Positions 1 to 8,762 of a stretch of DNA of 64,000 nt are shown here, piece by piece. A program made the position numbers and the translations under genes. The stretch spans positions 1 to 64,000 of the IMG/VR virus record IMGVR_UViG_3300037424_000830; one strand, 5' to 3'. Source of the stretch: a virus. Position 1 is the first letter of the stretch. Each line of letters begins with the position of its first letter. Under the pieces are notes generated by a model. It was not told the DNA's origin, did no database searches, and worked only from the letters and a program-made list of their open reading frames with translations.

Positions 1-534
1 ACGCCATTAGTATCGGCAAGTTATACACTTCTGCCTAGCCTGTTTACAGATGGAGATACATTCTTTAGCCCTACAGTAACTGGTGGAGCAGCTAATCTCT
101 TCCCGTCATTGTTTACCGATGGCGATCTGTTCTACTCACCCACTGTTACGCGTGGTGCAATTACTCTTCTACCTAGTTTGTTCACCGACGCAGACGTATT
201 TTTTACGCCATTAGTAAGCACTTTCAATTCACTTGCACCAAGTTTGTTCAATGATGGAGATCTGTTTTATAGCCCAACTGTTCTCAGGGGGCCAGTTACC
301 CTCAACCCCATATTGTTCACTGATGGTGATCAGTTCTTTAGTCCTACGGTGAGTCCTGGCAGTGTGATTCTTGTACCAGAACTGTTTCTAGATGGTGATC
401 AGTTCTATGGACCAACGATAATACCTGGCGGAGTGTTTCTGTTGCCGGGTTTGTTTACTGATGGAGACCAGTTCTTCTCACCAATAGTTTCTGGCGGCCA
501 GCAGGCGTTTCGACGTATCATGATAATCAGCTAA
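1..534 (+). CDS. Tandem-repeat protein, 5' end outside the window (function unknown, possibly virion-associated)
   Basis: Frame 1 is open from nt 1, so the M at 109 in the ORF track is internal. There are at least seven consecutive 22-23 aa repeats with core LF(T/N/L)D(G/A)DxF(F/Y)(S/T/G)P(T/L/I)V. Stop at 532-534. Confidence 0.6.
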   Translation, partial: TPLVSASYTLLPSLFTDGDTFFSPTVTGGAANLFPSLFTDGDLFYSPTVTRGAITLLPSLFTDADVFFTPLVSTFNSLAPSLFNDGDLFYSPTVLRGPVTLNPILFTDGDQFFSPTVSPGSVILVPELFLDGDQFYGPTIIPGGVFLLPGLFTDGDQFFSPIVSGGQQAFRRIMIIS

Positions 535-554
535 GATAGGAATGGAAATACGAA

Positions 555-842
555 ATGCCTACGCCAAAGAGGTCACAAGAAACAGAACTCGCGGTCCTTT
601 CGAATGACATGAAAAACCTCACACTTCAGATTGCAAGGCTTGACAACGATGTCAAAGGCAAACTTTCTGAACTAACATCGTCTCTAGGAGGTCAGTTCGT
701 CAGTAAAGAAGTGTACATCAAGGAGATCACGGAGATCAAAGCAGATCTAGGGCCAGTTAGACGCTATGTCTTCGCGCAGATTGGCTTGATCCTTCTTGCG
801 TTTGGTACTGCTGTAATCTACCTCGTTGGATGGAAGAACTGA
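555..842 (+). CDS. Small coiled-coil protein with a C-terminal transmembrane anchor
   Basis: 95 aa. Heptad-like N-terminal half (LTLQIARLDNDVKGKLSELT) and hydrophobic C-terminus FAQIGLILLAFGTAVIYLVGW. Confidence 0.55.
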   Translation: MPTPKRSQETELAVLSNDMKNLTLQIARLDNDVKGKLSELTSSLGGQFVSKEVYIKEITEIKADLGPVRRYVFAQIGLILLAFGTAVIYLVGWKN

Positions 843-843
843 C

Positions 844-1377
844 ATGATAAAAGCACTCCTGAATACGTGGCTTCCACGCCTGGGAATTCTGGCGTTTTTT
901 ATACCAACTATTGTAGGTCCGTATTGGTATTTCCAGGATCCTGGAACAATTTATTACTCGCGGAAAATTGTAACACCAATTGTTGCTCCCGGTGAAAATA
1001 TTGTAATCCAGATAAGATCGGTTTCTCACCGAGAGTGTCCTTCTACTGTCAAGCGCACGATCGTCGACTCTGAAGGTTATGAATACACCAAAGTTGACGA
1101 GGATCGTTCAACTGTAGGTCAGTACGACGTAAGTCTTACGATCCCACTTGGAGCCTTCTCTGGACCAGCTACGTATGTTGCAACAGTAATGAGGCGGTGC
1201 AACCCTTTGCAAGAAGTTTTTCCGTCTACAGTGCAACAACCCCCGTTAGGTTTTGTAATCAGGAAACTCGAGACGCAAATGCAACTTCCCGAACAGCAGG
1301 GAATCTACACGGAACCACAAATTCCTTTTGGACCCGAAGCGCCTGAATACCTTAAAAAGCCTGGAGACCAAAAGTGA
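844..1377 (+). CDS. Protein with an N-terminal transmembrane segment, unknown function
   Basis: ATG 844 lies 2 nt after the preceding stop; the ORF-track start at 826 would overlap that gene. Hydrophobic LPRLGILAFFIPTIVGPYWYF near the N-terminus. Confidence 0.5.
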   Translation: MIKALLNTWLPRLGILAFFIPTIVGPYWYFQDPGTIYYSRKIVTPIVAPGENIVIQIRSVSHRECPSTVKRTIVDSEGYEYTKVDEDRSTVGQYDVSLTIPLGAFSGPATYVATVMRRCNPLQEVFPSTVQQPPLGFVIRKLETQMQLPEQQGIYTEPQIPFGPEAPEYLKKPGDQK

Positions 1378-1559
1378 CCGAACTCATACTAGTATATTGC
1401 ATGCTAAAATGGTGTGTTGAGGAGCCAACGCATCTTCGCTTTACGAGCCAGACAGCTTGTATTGTTGGGTCGCAAATAGCCGCAGCAGAGTGGCTAAGAC
1501 TTCACCCGAATCACCATGTTGTCGGAATCAAATGTCGTCCTGTAGGAGTTTCAATTTAG
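1374..1559 (+). CDS. Hypothetical small protein
   Basis: 61 aa. GTG start overlaps the upstream stop (GTGA). No recognisable motif. Confidence 0.3.
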   Translation: MTELILVYCMLKWCVEEPTHLRFTSQTACIVGSQIAAAEWLRLHPNHHVVGIKCRPVGVSI

Positions 1560-1645
1560 GTCACAATGGTCGTACTATTTTTGACCATCAAATTTTGGTT
1601 GACGGACAAAAAGATCTGATGTATAATCAGAATAATAGGACAAGC

Positions 1646-3166
1646 ATGTCGAAAGAACATATTTCTATCATTGCACAGGCTGATATGAGTCTGATCAGGG
1701 AGGACTCGTTTCTTGGTCAAGACTACATTGTCGTCCCTGTTGTAGCGATGATTGAGGGTGTTCGTCTCGGCATGGGTCAAGAAGGTGCCGAGCTAGGTCT
1801 AGCAGAAGAATTTGGGAAGTTCCCAGCTGGATGGAATAATCGTCCAGTCGTGATGAATCATCCCTCAGTAGACGGCACGCTTGTAAGCGCCAACGATCCG
1901 GAAATTCTTACTCAGTTTGCTTTTGGTTTTACAGCCAAGACGTCTTTGGACGGCATCAAACTGAAAACCGAAGCATGGATTAACCCTCAACGAGCCAAGG
2001 AACTTGGTGGAGAAGCCGAAGACGTTTTGACTCGCATTCAGAGTGTTGACGAAGGGGCTGAAGATCCAATTGAGGTCTCCGTTGGCTTCTTCTGCGATGT
2101 CGAGAAGAAATCTGGCAAGTTCAAAGGTCAAGCTTACACGGGCATCTGGAAAAACATTGTGCCTGATCATCTCGCGTTTCTATCTGAGGGTACAAAAGGT
2201 GCATGCTCTGTTGAAATTGGATGTGGCACACCCCGAGTCAATCAAAAAGGTGGAGAATCGCTTGTGGCACAGAAACTGACGACTTCCTCTCCAACTTCTC
2301 CACCAACTCTACAGGCAAAGCAATGCAGCTGCGGTGGAGGGAGTGACGACGTAATTCTGGTTCAGAACCAATTGAATGATGGACTTCACGCACAGGAGTT
2401 TCTTGTTCGCGCATTTGAAGACGCGCTCCTCGATGGCGATGTACGCAAGTTGTTGCGCGACGCTCTCGAGAAGAAAGTTGGGTGCTATTGCTATTTGGTT
2501 GGCTTCACATCTTCGAACGTTGTTTACGAGCGCTCGCAAGATATGGGCAGCTACAAAACCTACCAGCTCAGTTATTCCATTTCTGGAACGACTGTTACAC
2601 TGGGAGAAAATCCTGTCGAGGTGACAGTGGTTATGAAGGTGGTTACGAAAGGAGATCCCATGACTACCCAGACAACGCAGACGGCTTCGACGACAGGCCA
2701 AGAGATGTCGGACGAAGACAAGGCCAAGATGAAGGCCAAAGAGGACGCAAAAAAGGCGAAAGGGCAGGAGGAGCCCGTAGCTCCCACTGTTACACCTATT
2801 GCTCCTACCCCAACGGCACAAACTACTCCAGCTCCTATTGCTCCGGCAGCTCCGGCAGCTCCTCTGACGCTTCAGCAGTATCTCGATGCGGCGCCGGCAG
2901 AGCTGAAGGAAGTCCTTACGAGTGGTCTCAAGATGCATGAAGACCGCAAGAATGGACTCATCAAGGCTCTCAAGGAGAACCCGCGCAACAAGTTTACGGA
3001 AGATACTCTCAAGGGAATGTCCGTCGACATGCTTCAGAACCTTGTTGATCTCGCAACTCTTCCTGACTACAGTGGACGCCGTGGACCAGAAGCACCGACG
3101 ACTCAGGCTGCTGATGAAAGCACCGTTGCGGCGCCGAAAGTGTTCGAGTTCAAGAAGACAGCCTGA
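1646..3166 (+). CDS. Prohead protease/scaffold-like protein (DUF2213-like N-terminal part, Pro/Ala/Thr-rich and helical C-terminal part)
   Basis: Sits directly upstream of the decoration-like and major capsid genes. The C-terminal half is low complexity (PVAPTVTPIAPTPTAQTTPAPIAPAAPAAP) followed by charged helical segments, as in scaffolds. Start is uncertain (ATG 1619 or 1646); the ORF-track start 1457 overlaps the previous ORF. Confidence 0.55.
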   Translation: MSKEHISIIAQADMSLIREDSFLGQDYIVVPVVAMIEGVRLGMGQEGAELGLAEEFGKFPAGWNNRPVVMNHPSVDGTLVSANDPEILTQFAFGFTAKTSLDGIKLKTEAWINPQRAKELGGEAEDVLTRIQSVDEGAEDPIEVSVGFFCDVEKKSGKFKGQAYTGIWKNIVPDHLAFLSEGTKGACSVEIGCGTPRVNQKGGESLVAQKLTTSSPTSPPTLQAKQCSCGGGSDDVILVQNQLNDGLHAQEFLVRAFEDALLDGDVRKLLRDALEKKVGCYCYLVGFTSSNVVYERSQDMGSYKTYQLSYSISGTTVTLGENPVEVTVVMKVVTKGDPMTTQTTQTASTTGQEMSDEDKAKMKAKEDAKKAKGQEEPVAPTVTPIAPTPTAQTTPAPIAPAAPAAPLTLQQYLDAAPAELKEVLTSGLKMHEDRKNGLIKALKENPRNKFTEDTLKGMSVDMLQNLVDLATLPDYSGRRGPEAPTTQAADESTVAAPKVFEFKKTA

Positions 3167-3200
3167 TACCTATTGCCGGCAAGCTCCGGTGTACTAAACC

Positions 3201-3240
3201 GTTCGGATAGCCATGATCTTCAACTCCTGGCTATCCGAAC
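3201..3240 (+). terminator. Stem-loop after the scaffold gene (possible attenuator or terminator)
   Basis: Perfect 12-bp stem gttcggatagcc / ggctatccgaac with a 16-nt loop. The U-tract after it is weak (ttccc). Confidence 0.4.
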
Positions 3241-3269
3241 TTCCCAAACCAATTCTTTGAGGGTTGAAC

Positions 3270-3707
3270 ATGTCAAACACAATTATGCTTAAGGGCCGCC
3301 CAATGCGCAAAGAGGCGTTGGCGTCGGCTACTATCACTCCTGGCATGCTGATCGAACGCTTGTCAACGGGTAAGGTTGCTGCACACGCTACAGCCGGTGG
3401 CTATGGGATTGCAGCGTTTGCAATCGAGAATGAAGTATACGCTGGCCAAGGTGAAGCTCCGACGATTGACACCAACTATGCCGCCGACGATCTCGTGCAG
3501 TATGGTGTCTTCCAGCCTGGGCAGGAGGTGTATGCCCTTCTTGCTGCGAACGCGGCCGCAATTGTGGTCGGCGACAAACTTGTTTCACAAGGCGCTGGCT
3601 ACGTGAAGAAGGTCGTTACCACAGATGTGGTATTGGCGATTGCCCTTCAGGCCGTCGACAACTCTGCAGGGGGTACGCCCGTCCGTATCAAGATCGAAAT
3701 CGTCTAA
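3270..3707 (+). CDS. Head decoration-like protein (DUF2190-like)
   Basis: 145-aa Gly/Ala-rich protein immediately upstream of the capsid gene. GAGGG lies 6 nt before ATG 3270. Confidence 0.5.
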   Translation: MSNTIMLKGRPMRKEALASATITPGMLIERLSTGKVAAHATAGGYGIAAFAIENEVYAGQGEAPTIDTNYAADDLVQYGVFQPGQEVYALLAANAAAIVVGDKLVSQGAGYVKKVVTTDVVLAIALQAVDNSAGGTPVRIKIEIV

Positions 3708-3719
3708 GCTCTGTGTGTC

Positions 3720-3750
3720 TAGCTAGTTAGCTAGGTAGCTAGGTAACTAG
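3720..3750. repeat. Period-4 (TAGN)n stop-codon array
   Basis: tagc tagt tagc tagg tagc tagg taac tag. TAG or TAA recurs every 4 nt, so stops fall in all three + frames. CTAG palindromes also give stops on the - strand. Confidence 0.9.
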
Positions 3751-3792
3751 ACCACATCAACAAGACCGACCCATGAACTAGGAGATTGAAGA

Positions 3793-4803
3793 ATGTCAAC
3801 ACCAGCAAGTATTGATGTGGTCCAGACTACCCAAGCAGGTTCCTCTTCCTTGGGTCCGGTGGCCATGCGTTTGATGCAGTCAGGATTCAACGTCAATTCG
3901 TTGCGCCTGAATGCTGATATCCACGCGCAGGGGATCTTGCGCAAGGAAGAATGGATTCACTTCGATAACGCAGTTATTCCCGTTGCTCGTCAGCGTCTCG
4001 TTGGCATTGGCGACCTCATGTCTCGAGGTCTTACGATGGGGATTCCAGGTGCTCTCGGCGTGACTCGAGTCGAGTGGGAACGTATCTCTGATATGGATCC
4101 TGCTGTGATCAGCATGTCGGGTGTCGTCGACGGCGGCAACGATCGTGTCGTGTACGATCTGGAAGGTATTCCGTTGCCTATCGTGCATCGAGATTTCTTC
4201 CTGAACATTCGTGCTCTCGAAGCATCTCGTCGCAGTGGTACTCCTCTTGATACCACACAAGCACAGCTTGCTGCCAAGCTTGTATCGGAAAAGGTCGAGT
4301 CGATCTTGTATGCCGGCGCCAACATTGTTGGTTCAGCAAATCAGATCTACGGCCTCACGAATCATCCGAATCGCAATACTGGTTCGGTCACCGCAAGCTG
4401 GCTCACGGCAACCGGCGAACAGATCGTTACGGACATCAATCTGATGATTGCATCTGCAATCTCAGACAACATGTTCGGCCCGTTTGTTCTTCACATTCCG
4501 ATCGCCGTTGACAACAAGCTCGACAATGACTTCAAAGTCAACAGCGACATCACGATTCGCGAACGCATCTTGAAGATCCCCTCGATCCTGAAGATCCTCG
4601 CGTCGGCGAATCTCACCACTTCAAATGTTGTCCTCGTGCAGGTTACACCGGATGTCATTGATGTTCTCGATGGTATCCAGCCAACCGTTGTTATGTGGGA
4701 TACTATGGGTGGAATGCAAGTCAACTTCAAAGTGATGGCGATCATCGTCCCGCGTATCAAGGCGACCTACACGAATCAGTCTGGTTTGGTTCACTACTCT
4801 TAA
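3793..4803 (+). CDS. Major capsid protein
   Basis: 336 aa with an AGGAG RBS. It follows the scaffold-like and decoration-like genes and precedes a strong hairpin. The call rests on size and gene order, not on a search. Confidence 0.7.
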   Translation: MSTPASIDVVQTTQAGSSSLGPVAMRLMQSGFNVNSLRLNADIHAQGILRKEEWIHFDNAVIPVARQRLVGIGDLMSRGLTMGIPGALGVTRVEWERISDMDPAVISMSGVVDGGNDRVVYDLEGIPLPIVHRDFFLNIRALEASRRSGTPLDTTQAQLAAKLVSEKVESILYAGANIVGSANQIYGLTNHPNRNTGSVTASWLTATGEQIVTDINLMIASAISDNMFGPFVLHIPIAVDNKLDNDFKVNSDITIRERILKIPSILKILASANLTTSNVVLVQVTPDVIDVLDGIQPTVVMWDTMGGMQVNFKVMAIIVPRIKATYTNQSGLVHYS

Positions 4804-4818
4804 TCGGGTGGTGATTTC

Positions 4819-4860
4819 AAGTGGGTTCAACACCGTAGTTCCCTATTGTTGAACCCACTT
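4819..4860 (+). terminator. Stem-loop/terminator after the major capsid gene
   Basis: Perfect 14-bp stem aagtgggttcaaca / tgttgaacccactt with a 14-nt loop, followed by gtctcagttctc. Confidence 0.5.
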
Positions 4861-4901
4861 GTCTCAGTTCTCGAAACACTATACGAAACATGGAGGTTAT
4901 T

Positions 4902-5225
4902 ATGGCAAAGAACACGAGCGTCTACGTTCTTACGCACGGTAAGCACTGGCGGACGAACGCAAAAGGTGTTCACGAGCGCATGAAGGTTGGCGACGCTATC
5001 GAGCACACTCCTGAGCAGGCTGCAGCCTTCGGCGATCGGTTCAAGGCTGCGAGTGTCGTCGCAGCTGAAGCAAAAGTTGCTAGTGAGATGTCAAAAGCCG
5101 CAGAAGCCGAAGCTGCAAAGGTGAAGGCTGAAGCTGAAGCAAGCTCCAAAACGGCGGCAGCAGGAACGGGAACTCCGGGAACAACGGCGAATCCGCCTGC
5201 TACTCCGCCACCTCCCAAACCGTAG
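4902..5225 (+). CDS. Hypothetical Ala/Pro-rich protein
   Basis: ATG 4902 is preceded by GGAGGTTATT. The C-terminal half is Ala/Glu/Lys-rich and then Pro/Thr-rich. It shares a 20-nt initiation region with the gene at 47739 (-). Confidence 0.5.
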   Translation: MAKNTSVYVLTHGKHWRTNAKGVHERMKVGDAIEHTPEQAAAFGDRFKAASVVAAEAKVASEMSKAAEAEAAKVKAEAEASSKTAAAGTGTPGTTANPPATPPPPKP

Positions 5226-5281
5226 GGAGGTATCCAATTGACTCAGGTTAACACTCCAGGAGCCCACGAGAAGTTGGTTCG

Positions 5282-5653
5282 ATGACAGCGCTTGTAACAA
5301 ATGCGGAAGTTCAAGCACTCGTGCTCGATGGTGAAATCGACATGGGCGCTTTCATCAATACCGCTGACACTATAGTGTCGGAGCTTCTCTTGGGTGCTGG
5401 ATTGTCGACGAATCGCCTTAAGCAAATTGAGCTCTATCTCGCTGGACACTTCTATGTAGTCTCCATCGAGAAGGGTGGAATGACAAAGCAGAACATTGGT
5501 GAAGCTGAAGAGCGTTACCGTATTATTCCTGATACCGAGACGGGTCTAGCGCAAACACGTTTTGGCGCACAAGCACTCGCATTGGATTCCTCAGGGATCT
5601 TGGCTGAACAATTCAGTGGGAAAACAATCAAGGCACTATTCACGGTTATTTGA
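5282..5653 (+). CDS. Head-tail adaptor/connector-like protein
   Basis: 123 aa in the neck position. IELYLAGHFY resembles the conserved helix of gp6/DUF4054-type adaptors. The call is mostly by position. Confidence 0.45.
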   Translation: MTALVTNAEVQALVLDGEIDMGAFINTADTIVSELLLGAGLSTNRLKQIELYLAGHFYVVSIEKGGMTKQNIGEAEERYRIIPDTETGLAQTRFGAQALALDSSGILAEQFSGKTIKALFTVI

Positions 5654-5659
5654 ACACAC

Positions 5660-5989
5660 ATGCTCTACGGTCAGAAATATAACCACGATGTGACGTACTG
5701 GGGAAACCCAGCAACAAATGGTTATGGCGCTAAGACGTTTGATCCTCCAGTGAACCTCAAAGGACGCTGGGAAGAGAAAGCTGAGCGTTTTATTGGGCAG
5801 AGTGGTGAGGATCTCGTGAGTCAGGCTGTTGTGTATCTTGAAGGAGATGTTGACACCAACGGGTATCTATACTTGGGGATCTCTACAGAAACAAACCCAA
5901 CTATCATAAACGGAGCGTTCAAGATCAATGCGTTTAATAAGATCCCAGATATCAGGGGTCTGCAATTTACACGGAAGGCGCTTCTCTAA
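5660..5989 (+). CDS. Hypothetical neck/head-closure protein
   Basis: 109 aa. Tightly packed between the adaptor-like and gp10-like genes. No motif recognised. Confidence 0.4.
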   Translation: MLYGQKYNHDVTYWGNPATNGYGAKTFDPPVNLKGRWEEKAERFIGQSGEDLVSQAVVYLEGDVDTNGYLYLGISTETNPTIINGAFKINAFNKIPDIRGLQFTRKALL

Positions 5990-6432
5990 TGGCGATTGGA
6001 GCACGTTTCAGAGTAGGTCGTGTAGGTGCAAAGGGAGATGTTGTCGCACAGTTTAAGGCAATTGAACGGAACTTTACAAGCTTTGTCAACCATGTTCGAA
6101 ATGTGACACCACTGATTATGATTGAGGCTCTTCAACCAACATACAAGAAGTCTCACGTCTACGTCCCGAAAGATACCGGTGCACTCGATTCTAGTGGGTA
6201 CTTGGAGGTCACCAACACTGGAAGGAATCCACGAGTCGAGATGGGTTACGGCAAAGGTGGCAAGCCTAACTACGCTGTAATCGTCCATGAGAAAGTGGAG
6301 TATTTACACGCCGAGCCAACTCGTGCGAAGTATCTCCAGACTGCAATGCTCGAGGATATCAACGAGATTCGTATTCGGTTGATCACCAACTTCAGGCGCC
6401 TCACGGCCGGCGGAAGTGGGGGCGTCCGATGA
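5989..6432 (+). CDS. HK97 gp10-family neck/tail-completion protein
   Basis: YVPKDTGALDSSGY matches the conserved P.dTGaL.sS motif of the HK97 gp10 family. ATG overlaps the upstream stop (TAATG). Confidence 0.6.
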   Translation: MAIGARFRVGRVGAKGDVVAQFKAIERNFTSFVNHVRNVTPLIMIEALQPTYKKSHVYVPKDTGALDSSGYLEVTNTGRNPRVEMGYGKGGKPNYAVIVHEKVEYLHAEPTRAKYLQTAMLEDINEIRIRLITNFRRLTAGGSGGVR

Positions 6433-6872
6433 CAATGATTTCCGAAGGTATCAAAGACATTCTGGTCGAGAAAACGGTTGGAGCTTTTGGACCACAAGTA
6501 AGCACCTCGACTTGGGCTATCTACATCGGTAAGCAACCCGACGAGAATCATGATCGTGTTCTGACGATATATGATATTGTGGGACAACCAGCAAATCCAC
6601 GGTATCTTCTTGACTTTCCTGCAATCATGATCAATATCCGCGGCGAGCAGAATGCTTACGTCGAAACATATAACAAAGCTGTGCATGTTAAGTCCGCACT
6701 ACTTGGTTATATCCCACACGATCGCGGTGGTGATCGTTGGGATGCAATTAACATGCTTGGTGATGTTGGCTTTATTGGGTACGATAAAAACAATCGACCC
6801 GAGTTCTCTACAAATTTTGCATTGATAATTGAACCAGCAGCTCCGACAGGAACGAATCGTGAACCCTTGTAG
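6429..6872 (+). CDS. Hypothetical tail terminator/neck protein
   Basis: 147 aa. ATGA overlap with the upstream gene. Last gene before the major tail gene. Confidence 0.4.
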   Translation: MTMISEGIKDILVEKTVGAFGPQVSTSTWAIYIGKQPDENHDRVLTIYDIVGQPANPRYLLDFPAIMINIRGEQNAYVETYNKAVHVKSALLGYIPHDRGGDRWDAINMLGDVGFIGYDKNNRPEFSTNFALIIEPAAPTGTNREPL

Positions 6873-6893
6873 ACCTAAGTAAGGAGAATACAG

Positions 6894-7931
6894 ATGGCCG
6901 CCAAAAGAATTAAAGTCTCGAGTGATGACATTACGTATTACACCTTGCCAGGTAATACGGGATCGATCTCGAACGAATCCGGTGAAATTGATGACACTGT
7001 CTTCGGACAGAACTTCAAGTCGTCAGAGTCAGGGCTGATCAATTGGTCAGTCAGCGCTCAAGCGTTCTACAAAGGCTTTGTCGGGTACGTTGCCGATCTT
7101 CACAAAGCCAGTGTGCCAACAGTTGCAAACGGCGAAGCGATGACGCTGGTTTCCGGTAAGACTTATCGGGTTACTGATTCGGCAAAGGATATCTGGGATT
7201 ATGCAGATCCTCCGGTTGTCTACGACAATGCTGTCGATCACACCTCTGATGTTGAAAGCATCGACTATCTATTCGGTCGTGTCACTTTCAACTCGACGTA
7301 CACTGTCACAGGCCCAGTGACAGTGGATATCACCTATTTCGCAACTCTTACACAACTCGCCGGTTACAAGAGCTTTACGCTCACACAAACCGAGGAAGCA
7401 ATCGACACTACGACGATTCCAGTTGCCCAAGGTAACTCGGGTCACATGACTTACACTGGCGACGGATTGAAAACGGTCGCATTGGAGCTCAGTGGCCTCT
7501 ATGCTTCAGCAAACGGTTATCGAGCATCACTCGTCGCTCGAGAAATTGTGATCGTCAAGATCAATCCTGATGGTGTCGGCAAGTCTGTCGCCCGTGGCTA
7601 CTTCAAGTTTGGCAGCCAGGGTCAGGACGGCGATGTTGGTGCACTCGAGGAAGAGAATGTCACACTTCGTTTGAATGTTCCGGATATTCAGAATATGACT
7701 CGACCTTTTGGTTGGGTTCATACTGCATCGACAATCAATCTGGGCGTCAAAGCGGCTCTCGACGCTTGGGAAGCTGGTACACTTGTATACGTCCAGTATC
7801 TTCCAGACGGTGTCAACGGTGTCCAAGGTCAGGCAGCTGTAACAGACATCTCACTGTCGGCTGGCTTGGAAACGATGAACGAATTTACAGTTCAACTGCA
7901 AGGAACAGGTGCCTTAGCAGTCGAGCCGTAA
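6894..7931 (+). CDS. Major tail protein
   Basis: 345 aa with an AAGGAG RBS. It is followed by a terminator and then the chaperone pair and tape measure gene. The call is by position. Confidence 0.55.
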   Translation: MAAKRIKVSSDDITYYTLPGNTGSISNESGEIDDTVFGQNFKSSESGLINWSVSAQAFYKGFVGYVADLHKASVPTVANGEAMTLVSGKTYRVTDSAKDIWDYADPPVVYDNAVDHTSDVESIDYLFGRVTFNSTYTVTGPVTVDITYFATLTQLAGYKSFTLTQTEEAIDTTTIPVAQGNSGHMTYTGDGLKTVALELSGLYASANGYRASLVAREIVIVKINPDGVGKSVARGYFKFGSQGQDGDVGALEEENVTLRLNVPDIQNMTRPFGWVHTASTINLGVKAALDAWEAGTLVYVQYLPDGVNGVQGQAAVTDISLSAGLETMNEFTVQLQGTGALAVEP

Positions 7932-7946
7932 TCGAACCCCAAACTT

Positions 7947-7996
7947 GGTGGAAGAGCCCGCACTCACCTTCTCAACACTCTTCCACCACTTTTTGG
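7947..7996 (+). terminator. Rho-independent terminator after the major tail gene
   Basis: Stem ggtggaagag (7947-7956) / ctcttccacc (7978-7987), followed by actttttggg. Confidence 0.6.
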
Positions 7997-8022
7997 GTTG
8001 TGCTTTAGTTGAAGTGCAGTGC

Positions 8023-8052
8023 TGTAAGTGTAAGTGTAAGTGTAAGTGTAAG
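8023..8052. repeat. (TGTAAG)5 microsatellite
   Basis: Five perfect tandem hexamers in the gap between the major tail gene and the chaperone gene. Confidence 0.95.
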
Positions 8053-8073
8053 TGCCAAACATAGGAGGCTTTA

Positions 8074-8478
8074 ATGACTGATACTACCGAAGTGCCAAAC
8101 ACGAACGTGATCCCGATAAACCACCCATTGACGCGCGAGCAAATTCGTGCCGCGATCTTTACCGATGAGCGACGCAAACCAAAGTCGAAACTGATCACTG
8201 CCTTCGGAGTGAGCTTCGAAATCCGGCAGCCCTCAGTTGGTGCGTTCCTTGCATCGCCTACCGACGATGACGAGGAGCATACCGATCCGGTGAGCAAAAT
8301 ACGTGCACTTCATCTTCTGGTGAATAACTCGTATGTGCCAGGAACTGAAGAGAAGGTCTTCAACCAGGAAGATTACGCCGCGTTCGTTTCAATGCCCTTC
8401 TCAAATGATTTTGTCACAGTTATCACAGCATTCAACGAGATCTCAGGCGCCAACCCGAAGGAGAAGCAAAAAAACTAA
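8074..8478 (+). CDS. Tail assembly chaperone (G-like)
   Basis: 134 aa with an AGGAGG RBS. Sits immediately upstream of the tape measure gene and ends at a slippery heptamer. Confidence 0.65.
   Translation: MTDTTEVPNTNVIPINHPLTREQIRAAIFTDERRKPKSKLITAFGVSFEIRQPSVGAFLASPTDDDEEHTDPVSKIRALHLLVNNSYVPGTEEKVFNQEDYAAFVSMPFSNDFVTVITAFNEISGANPKEKQKN
8469..8475 (+). promoter_or_regulatory. Programmed -1 frameshift slippery site A_AAA_AAC
   Basis: Zero-frame codons are cA AAA AAC TAA. The -1 frame is open from 8475 through ORF 8502-8762 (cta att agc aac ccg gct ctt tgg aac ttg ...). Confidence 0.65.
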
Positions 8479-8762
8479 TTAGCAACCCGGCTCTTTGGAA
8501 CTTGTTCTTAGTTGCATACGAGTTTGGGTTGCCAGTACAGAAAGTCGAGCAAATGTCTCCTGGCGAGTTTGCATATCATCTGGCCTTCATTAACGAGTAT
8601 CAGAAGCGTTCTAGTCGTGCTGATGCGCTCATGTTAAAGCGAGGTAGATCCAAAACTAAAGGTCGGTCGAGGAACTTAATACCAGGTGAGAATGCTTTCA
8701 CGACCAAGAGATCTGAGACTAGTTCCACACCTAAAGCAAAGCATGACTTCTCTGACACCTGA
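8475..8762 (+). CDS. T-extension of the tail assembly chaperone (expressed as a G-T fusion by the -1 frameshift)
   Basis: The downstream ORF is in the -1 frame relative to 8074-8478. It has no convincing start or RBS of its own. This is the canonical position before the tape measure gene. Confidence 0.55.
   Translation, partial: LISNPALWNLFLVAYEFGLPVQKVEQMSPGEFAYHLAFINEYQKRSSRADALMLKRGRSKTKGRSRNLIPGENAFTTKRSETSSTPKAKHDFSDT

Noticed and set aside
2309-2938. 209-aa antisense ORF, plus several other ORFs (2376-2624, 2482-2940, 2572-2787), inside the scaffold gene
   Set aside because: They lie opposite to or out of frame with a well-supported gene, in a low-complexity Pro/Ala/Thr-coding stretch. 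Their translations are Arg/Ser/Cys-rich nonsense with no RBS.
8023-8052. Possibility that the (TGTAAG)5 repeat or the other short repeats are CRISPR arrays
   Set aside because: The units are 4-7 nt with no spacers. Nothing in the window has the repeat-spacer periodicity of 25-40 nt.
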